This document shows, one piece after another, positions 52,110 through 64,000 of a DNA stretch of 64,000 nucleotides. Each line of letters begins with the position of its first letter. The first letter of the stretch is position 1. Both the position numbers and the translations under genes were made by a program. The notes beneath the pieces were generated by a model. That model was given only the letters and a program-made list of their open reading frames with translations, was not told the DNA's origin and did not search any database. This stretch comes from Chiloscyllium plagiosum (taxonomy: Eukaryota), in the NCBI RefSeq assembly GCF_004010195.1, contig NC_057748.1:27628180-27692179 (forward strand), given 5' to 3'.

Positions 52110-55100
52110 TACACAACAAGTCAGTATTGTATAACAATTCTCTCACTCGCTCAATCACGAAGGTTAAAGTATGGTTTATATCAATAATTCTCTCACATAA
52201 TCGGACAGGTCAGGACATTTTACATGTATTAGTATTTTGATCGCATTCACACACACGGGGCAGATAGAGTATAATGCTCTCTCACACATGCAGCTTGGTG
52301 TTCTTGCCATAATTCTGTCTGTCTCACAGGCACACACAGATCGGAATGCCATTTACGTCAATGATTCTGTCTTCCTCTCCCCCTCTGTGTGACACACTCA
52401 TCAATGTTATATTAATAATTCATTCTCTCACCAGAATACCCAACATCCGAGTGCTATGTATTTATTACTAATTATTAGTGCTCTTTAAAACTCTCTGTCA
52501 TTCACACACACAGGTCAGGGATTATATCAGTAATTCTCTCACACTTACCGGTCAGTGTTATATTAATGATTCCCTCTCATGCAGACAGACACAGGTCAGT
52601 GCGTTATTTTCTAAATCTATCTCTTTGTCTCTCTCTCTCTCTCTCTCTCTGTGTCCCCTTCACTCTCTTATGCACACACAGATGAACATGCACATATGCG
52701 TGCGCACGTGCAAATGTCCACACACAACTCAGTGTGTTATTTATATTAATCATTCTTATTCTCACATACACATGCAGGTTAGACATTATATCAGAAATTC
52801 GGTCTCATACACTCACAGGTCAGCGATATATTAATATTTCTAACGCCCTACATATGTAGGTCAGAGATTCTACCAAAAATTCTCTGTCGCATTCACAAGT
52901 TAGAGTTCATTTAATAATTTTCTCTCTCCCTCTCTCTCTCACTCACACATAAAACACACACGGGTGAGAGATTATAACAATAATCTACCTTCACACAAAC
53001 AAGTTATCTATATTTTAGTAATTCTGTCTCTCTCAGACACACATAGGTCAAAGTGTTACTTCCATTACTAATTCTCTCACACACACAAAAATAGATAGAT
53101 CTGAGATTATAAAAAATAATCATCCCACACATTCCAGTAAGTGTTCTCTTTCTCGCAACACAGGCAGTTCAGAGATTGTATCAATAATTCTCTCTTACAC
53201 ACACCAGTCAGAGTTTCGGTCATAGTTGTCTCACTCACAGACGCACCCAGGTCATAAGGTTATTTACATCAATCTTTCTCTCTCTTCCTCTCTGTCTCTC
53301 ATACACACAGGTCAATGTAACTAAAGTTCTGTCTCTCGCATAAAACACAGTCACACAGGGGTTTTATGTATGTGATAAATTCGCTCTCTCCATCTCTCTC
53401 ACTCCCTCTTGCCCTTCTCCCACCTTCCCCTCTGCACCCCTCCCCATCCCAATGCGTAGAATGCTCAGCGTGATATTAATATTAGTAATTCTCTCTCACG
53501 CAAATTTACATACATCAGAGATTATATCAATAATTCTCTCTCGAACACACAGATCATGATTGTGTTCCCAAACTCTTTCTCAAACAAAGATATAGCAATC
53601 ATACTTCTCTCTCTCTTTCTTTCTTTCTCTCTCTCTCTGTCTGACACACATATACACACCAAGGCTGGTTTGTTATATCTGTGTATAATTCTCTATCTCT
53701 CACAAACACTCAGTTCAGAGGTTGTAACAATATTTCTACCAAGAGTTGTCTCTCACACACAGGGCATTGTTACAATGTAATACTTGTTCACTAATGCATA
53801 CAGGTCAGATAGTTTTTCTCAATAACACTGACATAGGTCAGTGTTATGCTTGTAATTCTCTCTGTCTCTCTATCACACACACACACACACACACAAACAC
53901 AAACACACACACACACACAAACACACCCACCAGTCAGTGTTATATATCTTCGTAATTCTTTCTTTCTCTCTTTCTTTGTCCCTCGATCATATCAGATGTG
54001 TATACACAGATGAGAGTATGCATTATTAATTCTCTCTCTCACGTACGTCAGAAAGTTCATCGTTATATTTCTCTTGCACACAGGTCAGAGTATTGTTTAT
54101 ATATATATTATTATTTATCTCTCACATGCAGGTCAGACAGTTATATTACTAACTCTTAGCCTTTTCCTCTCTCATACGCAGGTCAGTGTTACATTAATAG
54201 TTAACTCTCACACAAACATTTCGTAGTCAATGTTATTTATATCAACAATTCTCTCTCCCTGTCTGTCTCCAACACACATGAACGTGCACTGCTTTATATA
54301 TGTTAATAATTTGCTCTCACAGCCAAGCACAAACAAGTCAGACGTTCTAACAACATTTCTTTTTCCCTTAATAATTCTCCCTTTCACAAAAAAAAATCCA
54401 GGGAAGAATGTTAAGTATTTTAACAATTCTCCCTCTCACTTACACACAACTCACACATTGCCTCAAGATTTAATCAAGAATTCTCTTACACACAAATAGA
54501 TCAGCGTGCAATTGACGTTAATAATTCTCTCTCTCTCTCCGCCCCCCATCTCTCTCTCTCCCTTTCTCTCACGTACCCACAAGGAGACAGATCAGGGATT
54601 GCATCAATAATTCTATCTCATCTACGCAAGTCAGTGTTACAGTAATAATTCTCTCTCAGATATACACAGGCCAGTGAGTTATTTGTATTTACATTTCTCT
54701 CTCTCGCTCTCTTTCTCTTTCTCTCTCTCCCCCGCTTCTATCTCGCCTCCCCCCCCCCACACACACACACGCACACTCAGACGTCAGTTTAACAGTTCTA
54801 TCTCATAGCGAGCTAATTATATTAATAATTCTCTCCTTTACAAAAGCACAAGTCAGTGACTTATTTCTGTTAATAGTTGGCCGTCTCCCTCTCTCTCACG
54901 CGCGCACAAAAACACATTAGAATTTGCAACAGCAATAATTCTTTGTCGGCAGATACAGATCAGATAGTGTAAATTCAATAATTGACTTAGGCAAACTGGT
55001 CAGAGTTATATTAATATTTCTCTGTCTCACTCAATCACAACGATCAGAGTGTTATTTACATAAGTAATTCTCTGTCTCTCATATTCACGCAAATAACACA

Positions 55101-55720
55101 CAGATCAGAGTTTACATCAATAATTATCTGCCTCACACACAGGTCAAATTGTTCATGTTAATCAAAAACATAAATTGCGAGGAAGTGTCAGCAGATCTAA
55201 CAGCATCTGTGGAGAGAAATCAGAGATAATGTTTTGGGTCCAGTGACCCTTCTGCAGAATCCATTATAATAGGTCTGTCACACCCTGGTCAGAATGTTAT
55301 ATATATTAATAACCATTTCTCACGCGCCGTTTAGATGGCTATATTAATAAGTCTTGTCCTATCTGTCTCCCTAACACACACAAATACACAGAGGTCAGAA
55401 TGACATTTTAATCATTCTCTCTCACACACACTCACACATACAGGACAGCCTGTAACATGCCAATAATTCTCTCTGTCCTCTCTCTCTCTCATTCATAAAA
55501 ACAAGCACAGAAGTCAGAGCCTTATACACAGGAATAAATCTGTCTCCCGCTCTGCATTTCTCGAACACACACAGGTCAGACTGCCGGATATTAATTATAC
55601 TGTTTCTGAGGCATACTCACACATGAAGTCAGAGTCTTATATACTAATAATTTAAAGTTTCTGTCCCTTCACACGGAGTTCAGACTCTTACATATTTCCT
55701 AACTTTCCTTTCACGCATCG
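52110..55720 (+). repeat. J-C intron degenerate tandem repeat (cluster 2)
   Basis: Same motif as 31800-33800 but expanded. The intron is 3795 nt versus 2176 nt in cluster 1. Confidence 0.8.
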
Positions 55721-55779
55721 GTGAGTATTTTTTTATTTCATACATTTAAACATCTTTTACTCTCTTTCCCCACACACAG

Positions 55780-56102
55780 GTAGTGATGATCGGAAACCAT
55801 CTGTCCTTTTGCTCCCTCCTTCGCCAGATCAAATAGACATGGGGTCAGCGACGCTGTCCTGTCTGGTGAGTCACTTTAAGCCGGGCTTTGTGCAGGTCCT
55901 ATGGAGCGTGGATGGGAAGGAAACAGACAGTGGGATGACAACAAGTGCTGTATCCCTGGACAGTGATCAAAGCTACAGCCTGAGCAGTTACCTGACAGTC
56001 TCAGCCACCGACTGGAAGAAAGGGTCCAGGTATTCCTGCAGTGTGAGGCACGGTTCACTTAACTCGCCTCTCCTCAACACCATCAGTTCTAGTGACTGTT
56101 AG
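55780..56102 (+). CDS. Ig light chain constant exon, type I/sigma-cart-like, intact
   Basis: Acceptor ctttccccacacacag. In phase with J: (S)SDDRKPSVLLLPPSPDQIDMGSATLSCLVSHFKPGFVQVLW...YSLSSYLTVSATDWKKGSRYSCSVRHGSLNSPLLNTISSSDC*. C1-set motifs and a terminal Cys for the H-L disulfide. Confidence 0.95.
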
Positions 56103-56396
56103 TCTGAGGAAAATAATGATTCAGATCAGTCGCTGTGAGACATTCCGCATTTTGTTGTTTGTTTTAGTTTTGCCATGTAATTTCTGCAGCAATGTCATTA
56201 TTTAGTGAATAATCTGACTATTGAAGGGTATCAGGAGCGGGTGAAATGATTATTCCATTTGGTGTGTGGAGATTTCCTGTTGCAATTGTCCCCAGAAGTT
56301 TGTGTGTAAACTTTAATTCTGGGTAGAATAGGGAGTACTCTCCCCTCTTTAGACATTTACCATTTTGCATTTGTGAACGTTGTAACCACAGCTCTG

Positions 56397-56402
56397 AATA
56401 AA
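56397..56402 (+). terminator. Putative polyadenylation signal of cluster 2
   Basis: AATAAA about 295 nt after the C stop, conserved at the homologous site of cluster 1 (34449-34454). Confidence 0.65.
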
Positions 56403-57098
56403 TATGAAATGATACCAGGAAATGAGTGTGCCTCATTATTGAACATTGAAAGAGGCACTGAGAGGGTTGGCAGTGGATAGTTTACACGTGTGACAATATT
56501 ATACTGAACTATATCAATGTGATCGTACATCCATAATTTTCATCTCAACCACTCCTCAAGGAACACACGCACACTTTCCTTCTCTGACACACACTCTCTT
56601 TAACTCTTTCTGTCACATGCACACTTTCCCTTTTCAACACAATCACATATGCATTCACAATTTCTACCACTTTAACAATCTCTCTCACTCTCCCTCTCTG
56701 TCTTGCACATTCTCTCTGAGACTCTGTTACATACTCACACACACGCTGCCTGTTTCACATGCCCACTTTCACTCCCTCACACACTCATACTTTCTATCTT
56801 TTGCACACACTCCCTCACTTCTTCCCACCATCTCTCTCACACTTCTCCTCTCTAAGCCTCTCATGCACACCGTTTCTGTCTCACACACACACTTGCAATT
56901 TTTCACATGCTCTCATTCTTTTATATAGTCTCACTCCCAAACATACACATACTTTCTCTGTCTTACATGCACTGCACATACACCCATTTGCTCTTTTACA
57001 CAATCATTCGCTTGAACATTTCTTCTCTCACATGTACAGTCACACACACTTTCCCTTGCTGAAAGACATTTTCCCTTTTCACACGCTCTCCTTCAAAC

Positions 57099-57182
57099 AC
57101 GTAGATACTGAGTAGCACATTTGAGGCTGAGATGAGGAGAACGTAGATACTGAGTAGCACATTTGAGGCTGAGATGAGGAGA
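57099..57182 (+). repeat. 42-bp perfect tandem duplication
   Basis: acgtagatactgagtagcacatttgaggctgagatgaggaga occurs twice in tandem. Confidence 0.9.
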
Positions 57183-58349
57183 AATTTCTTCACTCAGGGG
57201 ATGGTGAACCTTTGGAATTTTCCAGCACAGAACCGATCAAGTCATTGGTGTCGATATTAGAAAAAAATCGTTTCCTCAAGACTAAAGCTGTTAAGGGGTT
57301 TGAGAGATAACGACAGAATACATTGAGTCGTGGTTGAGCCATAATGGCATTGAAAAGCAGGGCAGACTGGAGGGCCAAATGGTCTCAGACTGTTCCTATA
57401 CTCTGTGTTTTTGGCACAGACAATGGGCATACACATGGAGAGAAGGACACACAAAAAAAACCCATAAATTAATATCTTATATGTCGATCTAGAGTGGGAA
57501 ATAAAATTCAACATAGTGAGAGATCACTCCACAATTATCCAGGTATTTGTCTCACTTATACAGGTGCTTAATAATCCTGAAACTAAGTGATGAGCATGGG
57601 GAACTGGTGAGAGTTGACATTTGCCTTCTCAGGAGAGATTCAGCAGTTTTAGCCTGCATTCACTCGTGTTCAGAATAATGAGACGAGAACTAATTGAGTT
57701 GGATATCATGCTGAAGCGGGTTGACAAAGTAAACGTAGAGTGGATCTTTCCTCACGAGGGGTATTCTAACCGAGAGTTTTCGAATCAGTGGTAGATGATT
57801 TGAAACAGAGATGAGGAGGAATGATTTTCCAGCACTACTCTAATCTCACCTTCAGAAAATGGCAAGCCTGGGCTCCAAATTCACCAACAAGAAGCGTTTC
57901 CCTGAATATTTGCAATGCTCTGTTTTTTTTTCCAGAGAGTCCAGTGTCTTTTAAACTTGAGTTAGGTAATATCCACAAAAAAAAAATAGAGCAAGCATTC
58001 TGAAACGACTCACACCCCTACCATCTGCCCTCCAACACACGCATTGAGTCTGCACCACCATTTAATGAGATCATGCCCGATTTAATTATCCTCACCAATA
58101 ATTTCCTTGCTTTGTTATACGGGGCATTTTTTATTTGTAATCATCAATTTTGCTCCCTTACTAAAGGATGCAGGCACTGTTCTGTCAAACGCATTTAGAA
58201 AATGCGAGGTAAACCCTTGTGGGCTCAGGCCGTGGTGACACATATATGTCCGCCATGTTACCTCGAGAGGTTCTGTTGTCATTGCAGAGACTCAGCATTT
58301 ATGCGGTTGTTCAGTCTCTGCAGACAAGAACGAGGACAGAAGTTGCTGC

Positions 58350-58907
58350 ATTTGTTGTACCCGGTGTGGTCTCCTCTACATCGGGGAGACAGGACACTTT
58401 CTGGTGGATCGTTTCAGAGAACATCTCTGGGTCATCTGCACCCACCAAACCCACTGCCCCGTGGCTGAACACTTCAACTCCCCCTCACACTCCATCAAGG
58501 ACGTGCAGATCCTGGGCCTTCTTCACCACTAAACTATTACCACCCGATATCTGGAGGAGGAATCCTTCATATTTCGCCTTGGGACCCTGCAACCACACGG
58601 GATAAATGTGGATTTCAACAGCTTCCTCATTTCTCCTCCCCCCACATTACCCCAATCCCAAACCTCCAACTTGGCACCGCCCTCTGGAACCGTCCATCAC
58701 TGCCTCCTCTGACCTATCACCTTCTCCCTCACTGTCATCCACCTACTGCTTCCCAGCAACCTCTCTCAACTCCAACCCCTCCAACTTATCTCTCAGCCCC
58801 AATCCACAAGCCTCATTCCTGATGAAGGGGTTATGCCCGAAACGTCAATGCTCCCTGCTCCTCGGATGCTGCCTGACCTGCTGTGCTTTTCCAGCACCAC
58901 ACTCTCG
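58350..58907 (+). mobile_element. Penelope-like retroelement 3' fragment (GIY-YIG endonuclease C-terminus and terminal region)
   Basis: CTRCGLLYIGETG...RFREH...PVAEHFNSPSHS...LEEESFIFRLGTLQPHGINVDF, followed by a hammerhead-like CTGATGA...GAAACGTC at 58819-58846. Confidence 0.88.
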
Positions 58908-59740
58908 AAAAGGTCAGAAGTATAACATTCATCCTGTTTCACCATACAATGCCATCATGTCATTAACTCCATTTTCCTGCCCATTAGCCACTTAACCCAT
59001 TCTTTATTAAGTTTCTACATTTTCCTCAAAGTTACTTAGTAATACAGCATCCATCCAGACAATTTAATGACAATACTAACGAGTAAGTCTGGGACTTTCC
59101 CTGTAAGACCAACATTAGAGAGATCATCAACTGCAGTTGGACGGATTACAGCAACACCTTTGATTAAAGCATCATCTTCTCCTGCCCTTCGTGTTTCCAC
59201 GCACATTGACCTTAAGTGATATCCGTCTACATTATATTCCTCTCCCTTGCTTTGCCAAGAAATCATTTCCATTCTGCCACTCCTTATTGCTGGTCATTCG
59301 TACCACTAGGTGGCACTTTGGTACGGTATTTGCCCGGCGCAAGCTGATCTGCCTGGCTCTAACACTTGCAGCTGCATTCGACTGCCATTAAATGGAGTTG
59401 CTGGGTCCTCAAAACTTGTGAATCCTTGAACCTTTTGAAATAACAGCTCGGGTCTCTGTTCTGCTGCGATAGCATCGGCGACAACCTTCAGTCTGTCTCT
59501 CTCTCTCGTTGTCACTCACGCTCGTCCCCCCTCACCCACGCTGTCTCCTCAAACTCTGTATTTCAGCATGCCACCTTCTGTACTCGCTGTCACTCACTCT
59601 TCCGACGCACACCCCCCGTGTTCAATCACAGTCCCTCTGCTCCACTGCTCCCTCCCTTACTGCTGCCCTCACTGATTCCACTCTCTTTCATTGTCTTTGT
59701 TGTACTCTGTCAATTCCCCCCCCCCCCCGCTCTCTCTCTC

Positions 59741-61899
59741 CTGTTGCCCGATGTCACCTTCCTCCTCTCTTTCTTCCCCATATGTCGAAACTGAAGCACA
59801 TTGCACCCAGTCTCACCTTCAAATTCAGTCACTGCCTTCATGTTTTGAGCTCTGAAATTTTAGCTAGCAGACCCATGTGGCCCTGAGTGAGTGCAGCACG
59901 ACCAGATGTGTCATCCAGCTGCGCCCACCAGTGAAGTTTAAACAAAGTCACTGCCACTTGGGTGCAAGATGAAAACGTGGAGTTGAGGGTAGTGTTGTAT
60001 CTCCAGCACGGGCAAGGTATTTCCGAAAACCATTGACCCTGATTTGACATTCTGGTCTGGGGTTGCCCTCCTGGTAATATCACTGGACTAGCAAAGCCGA
60101 GGTCAAGGAATTTTGAACATGCCCAGATTGGTTTAATCCCACCACAGGATTACTCACTTCACTCCCTGTGTCTTCCTTTCTATCTCTCGCTCCCCTCCCT
60201 GAATCCCTCTCTCTCCCCCATCTCTCTCTCTCCTTCTCTCTCTCTCTCTCACACAGTTTAATAACGTCCCAATCACACTTTTTCTCTCGCCACGTCTCCC
60301 TGGCTTGATCTTACTAAGAAGCTGTTGCCCGATGTCACCTTCCTCCTCTCTTTCTTCCCCATATGTCGAAACTGAAGCACATTGCACCCAGTCTCACCTT
60401 CAAATTCAGTCACTGCCTTCATGTTTTGAGCTCTGAAATTTTAGCTAGCAGACCCATGTGGCCCTGAGTGAGTGCAGCACGACCAGATGTGTCATCCAGC
60501 TGCGCCCACCAGTGAAGTTTAAACAAAGTCACTGCCACTTGGGTGCAAGATGAAAACGTGGAGTTGAGGGTAGTGTTGTATCTCCAGCACGGGCAAGGTA
60601 TTTCCGAAAACCATTGACCCTGATTTGACATTCTGGTCTGGGGTTGCCCTCCTGGTAATATCACTGGACTAGCAAAGCCGAGGTCAAGGAATTTTGAACA
60701 TGCCCAGATTGGTTTAATCCCACCACAGGATTACTCACTTCACTCCCTGTGTCTTCCTTTCTATCTCTCGCTCCCCTCCCTGAATCCCTCTCTCTCCCCC
60801 ATCTCTCTCTCTCCTTCTCTCTCTCTCTCTCACACAGTTTAATAACGTCCCAATCACACTTTTTCTCTCGCCACGTCTCCCTGGCTTGATCTTACTAAGA
60901 AGCTGTTGCCCGATGTCACCTTCCTCCTCTCTTTCTTCCCCATATGTCGAAACTGAAGCACATTGCACCCAGTCTCACCTTCAAATTCAGTCACTGCCTT
61001 CATGTTTTGAGCTCTGAAATTTTAGCTAGCAGACCCATGTGGCCCTGAGTGAGTGCAGCACGACCAGATGTGTCATCCAGCTGCGCCCACCAGTGAAGTT
61101 TAAACAAAGTCACTGCCACTTGGGTGCAAGATGAAAACGTGGAGTTGAGGGTAGTGTTGTATCTCCAGCACGGGCAAGGTATTTCCGAAAACCATTGACC
61201 CTGATTTGACATTCTGGTCTGGGGTTGCCCTCCTGGTAATATCACTGGACTAGCAAAGCCGAGGTCAAGGAATTTTGAACATGCCCAGATTGGTTTAATC
61301 CCACCACAGGATTACTCACTTCACTCCCTGTGTCTTCCTTTCTATCTCTCGCTCCCCTCCCTGAATCCCTCTCTCTCCCCCATCTCTCTCTCTCCTTCTC
61401 TCTCTCTCTCTCACACAGTTTAATAACGTCCCAATCACACTTTTTCTCTCGCCACGTCTCCCTGGCTTGATCTTACTAAGAAGCTGTTGCCCGATGTCAC
61501 CTTCCTCCTCTCTTTCTTCCCCATATGTCGAAACTGAAGCACATTGCACCCAGTCTCACCTTCAAATTCAGTCACTGCCTTCATGTTTTGAGCTCTGAAA
61601 TTTTAGCTAGCAGACCCATGTGGCCCTGAGTGAGTGCAGCACGACCAGATGTGTCATCCAGCTGCGCCCACCAGTGAAGTTTAAACAAAGTCACTGCCAC
61701 TTGGGTGCAAGATGAAAACGTGGAGTTGAGGGTAGTGTTGTATCTCCAGCACGGGCAAGGTATTTCCGAAAACCAATGCCCCTGATTTGACATTCTGGTC
61801 TGGGGTTGCCCTCCTGGTAATATCACTGGACTAGCAAAGCCGAGGTCAAGGAATTTTGAACATGCCCAGATTGGTTTAATCCCACCACAGGATTACTCA
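59741..61899 (+). repeat. 581-bp tandem repeat, about 3.7 near-identical copies
   Basis: Units start at 59741, 60322, 60903 and 61484. The ORF track shows identical translations at a 581-nt period. Confidence 0.97.
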
Positions 61900-62418
61900 A
61901 TATATTCGTCAGTAAATCTAGAACCTAATCTGATTCAGAGTGATGGTGACAGCTATTGTCGAGTGTCATTTGTTTAAAAAAACCCTCACCATTGGGTTTT
62001 AACTAATTAGGGAGACAATTCCATATTTCTTACTCCAGTCTGCCGGGCTCAGCTCGACAAAGTCCTGTGAAAGAATGAAGTGGGAGTGGGAATACATTCC
62101 GTCAGTTGGATCTCCCTGAGCCTCGATTAACTGAGCTCTTTCTGTTTAAGCTGGCCTCCCTCCCTGTCCTTTCCTCGCTCGGCCCGTGAAAAGACAGATT
62201 TTTATTAGATAATGAAGTCATCAAGGGAGAAAAGGGTTATTAGACCTTGAGGCCATGATCAGATTGAATAGCAGAGCAGGGTCAAAGGGCTCAATGGTCT
62301 CCTCCTGCTCCTAGCTTCTGAGTCGCCCTTACCCTCGCTCTGTGGCTGTTCGTCTGCCTCAGGAATGTCGAAGGGGCCTGACAAATGAGGCTCAATGAAA
62401 TATTGTTGGCTTGTGTAG

Positions 62419-62524
62419 CAAATACAATGTGCACTACATCAACGCCCAAGGAGTACTGCACTTGGCTTGTCAAGAAGGGTTTTTACCTGGTGGAGGCTGT
62501 ACGTTATCATTACAGTGATAGCTC
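62419..62524 (+). pseudogene. HAAF-like pseudo-exon (unit E), internally deleted
   Basis: The ORF track shows KEYCTWLVKKGFYLVEAVRYHYSDS, homologous to 2779-2931. The 5' part and WTDYVN are deleted. Confidence 0.8.
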
Positions 62525-64000
62525 TAATAAACTCTACACCCCCCACATCCCCCAATGGAGTCCTTTTGACTCAAATGTGCAAGTATGCCTCTCCTTAACA
62601 TCTTGTTTCCTTCCAAACACACACACTTTCACTTTTCCTCACACCCATGACGGTACACTAGATAGAAAAGGTATTCAACTGTGGGCACCATGGCAACGTG
62701 ACCTGAAATGGCTCTATCCCTGCTGGATGTATCTTAGTGGCATAGCGTGTTACAGCATGGGGGCAGAACCAATTAGCCTTTGTACCTGCGGATTCAAAAT
62801 GCAATGAAATTAATCTCATTAAAGATCGTCAAAATTGACCCCAATGAATTCTAACCAGAAGTTTTTCAATGCGAATCTCAGACTTGATGAATAAGCAATT
62901 TTCAACACTAGTTCATTTCTTAAACAAAAGATTTAGGAAATTATTTGAAATGTCCAAAATTCAGTCGGACAAGACTGAGTAGTAAAGAGATTGGTCTATG
63001 CGATAGCACTTATGTTTTCATTCCCATTCACAGAAGAGAAGGCAGACAAATGAATACAGTTAAGGCATAAACAATTAAAAAATCCAGCCAGAAGACTTCA
63101 CTGGCTTTCATGATGTAATGTTCCACAAGCATAGGATAATGATTTCTTGACTTATATGTTGACTGTGTCGATCAGGGTCACCTCTCCAGCTCACTCAGAT
63201 AAAGGCACAAGTATTTATGACTTAGTTTTATTTTTTCTGTACTTCCAAAATCTGATAAACGATGTTAGACGGAGAACCTCCAAACCCTCATATTGTAACA
63301 GTAAAAGCAAACATTCCTTTTTTCTCATAGAAGACACTGTCTAAAACACAAATGAAACTCTGAGCACTCCTTGAAAGCATGACCATCTGCTTCACGAGGT
63401 CCCAACATATGCCATCTGCTTGAGCAGGTCTTTTCCAGAATTGCTCGAATCAATGACCAGGTATTCACGTCATTAATGGAAAACTTCTGTCCTCTGTTTA
63501 AGCTCTCCCCTGTTTATGAAGCAACTTCAGAACCTTCTGTTCAGGAACCTGGCCTCACAAATAAACAAAAGCATGTATCGTCTGTTTTCCTTTCAACACA
63601 AACTGGCATCCAGAGACGAAAAATCAACTTTAGTTCAGAGTTCACGCTCGAAACCAACATTGAGAAGAGATTTTACATTAAAATGATGAAAAAAAATCAT
63701 TGTAGTTTGTTCCAGATGGAGCTGACGGGCTCTGGATGCAGCATGTGAGGTAGTGTGTGACTGTGTTGGGGGATGGGGACGGAAGTCAGGGTGAGGATAG
63801 GCCGATCGGGGCATTGTTATTGATGGGAGATGGACAATTAGAGAAAAAGTAATGTGGCGACGGTTCAGGAATTATCAGACGTACTTGGTATCAAAATTCA
63901 AGAGTCTGCACCCAACAGGACATCCCTTTGCCTTTAATCAAGACACAGGATACTGGCCCAACTCAATAAACGCATGCAAAACACAGAAAAGAATATCTAA

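Larger units (their letters stand above)
2700..64000 (+). repeat. Tandem segmental duplication array, five diverged 13-20 kb units
   Basis: Shared collinear blocks. For example, the anchor g(a/g)cagaacc..ttagcctttgtacctg occurs at about 3166, 16631, 29665, 42811 and 62762, and tgcattgaactcagatgcaga at about 8589, 23461 and 49503. Confidence 0.9.

Noticed and set aside
59838-61826. Tandem genes encoding the repeated 81-aa and 77-aa ORFs
   Set aside because: They are by-products of the 581-bp DNA repeat, partly from CT microsatellite, and have no recognisable motifs.

Overview
This is eukaryotic DNA from a cartilaginous fish, probably a carpet or bamboo shark (inferred from the Ig light-chain type and repeat families). 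The window is a tandem array of five diverged segmental units (A-E). A shared anchor lies at about 3166, 16631, 29665, 42811 and 62762, giving spacings of about 13.5, 13.0, 13.1 and 20 kb. The ancestral unit joined the last two exons of a dermatopontin / hemagglutinin-amebocyte-aggregation-factor (HAAF)-like gene to a cluster-type immunoglobulin light-chain gene (leader-V-J-C, type I / sigma-cart / NS5-like). Unit A keeps intact HAAF exons (2779-2931, 4488-4548) and has no Ig cluster. Unit B has lost both. Unit C holds a leaderless pseudo V-J-C (30929-34167). Unit D holds an apparently intact, unrearranged cluster (octamer 50915, leader 51067, V 51220-51545, J 51947-51984, C 55780-56102). Unit E runs off the window. 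The rest is CR1 LINEs, tRNA-derived SINEs, a Gmr1-like Gypsy relic, Penelope-like elements with hammerhead ribozyme cores, degenerate minisatellites and a young 581-bp tandem repeat. All alignments and coordinates were read by eye, and repeat boundaries are approximate.
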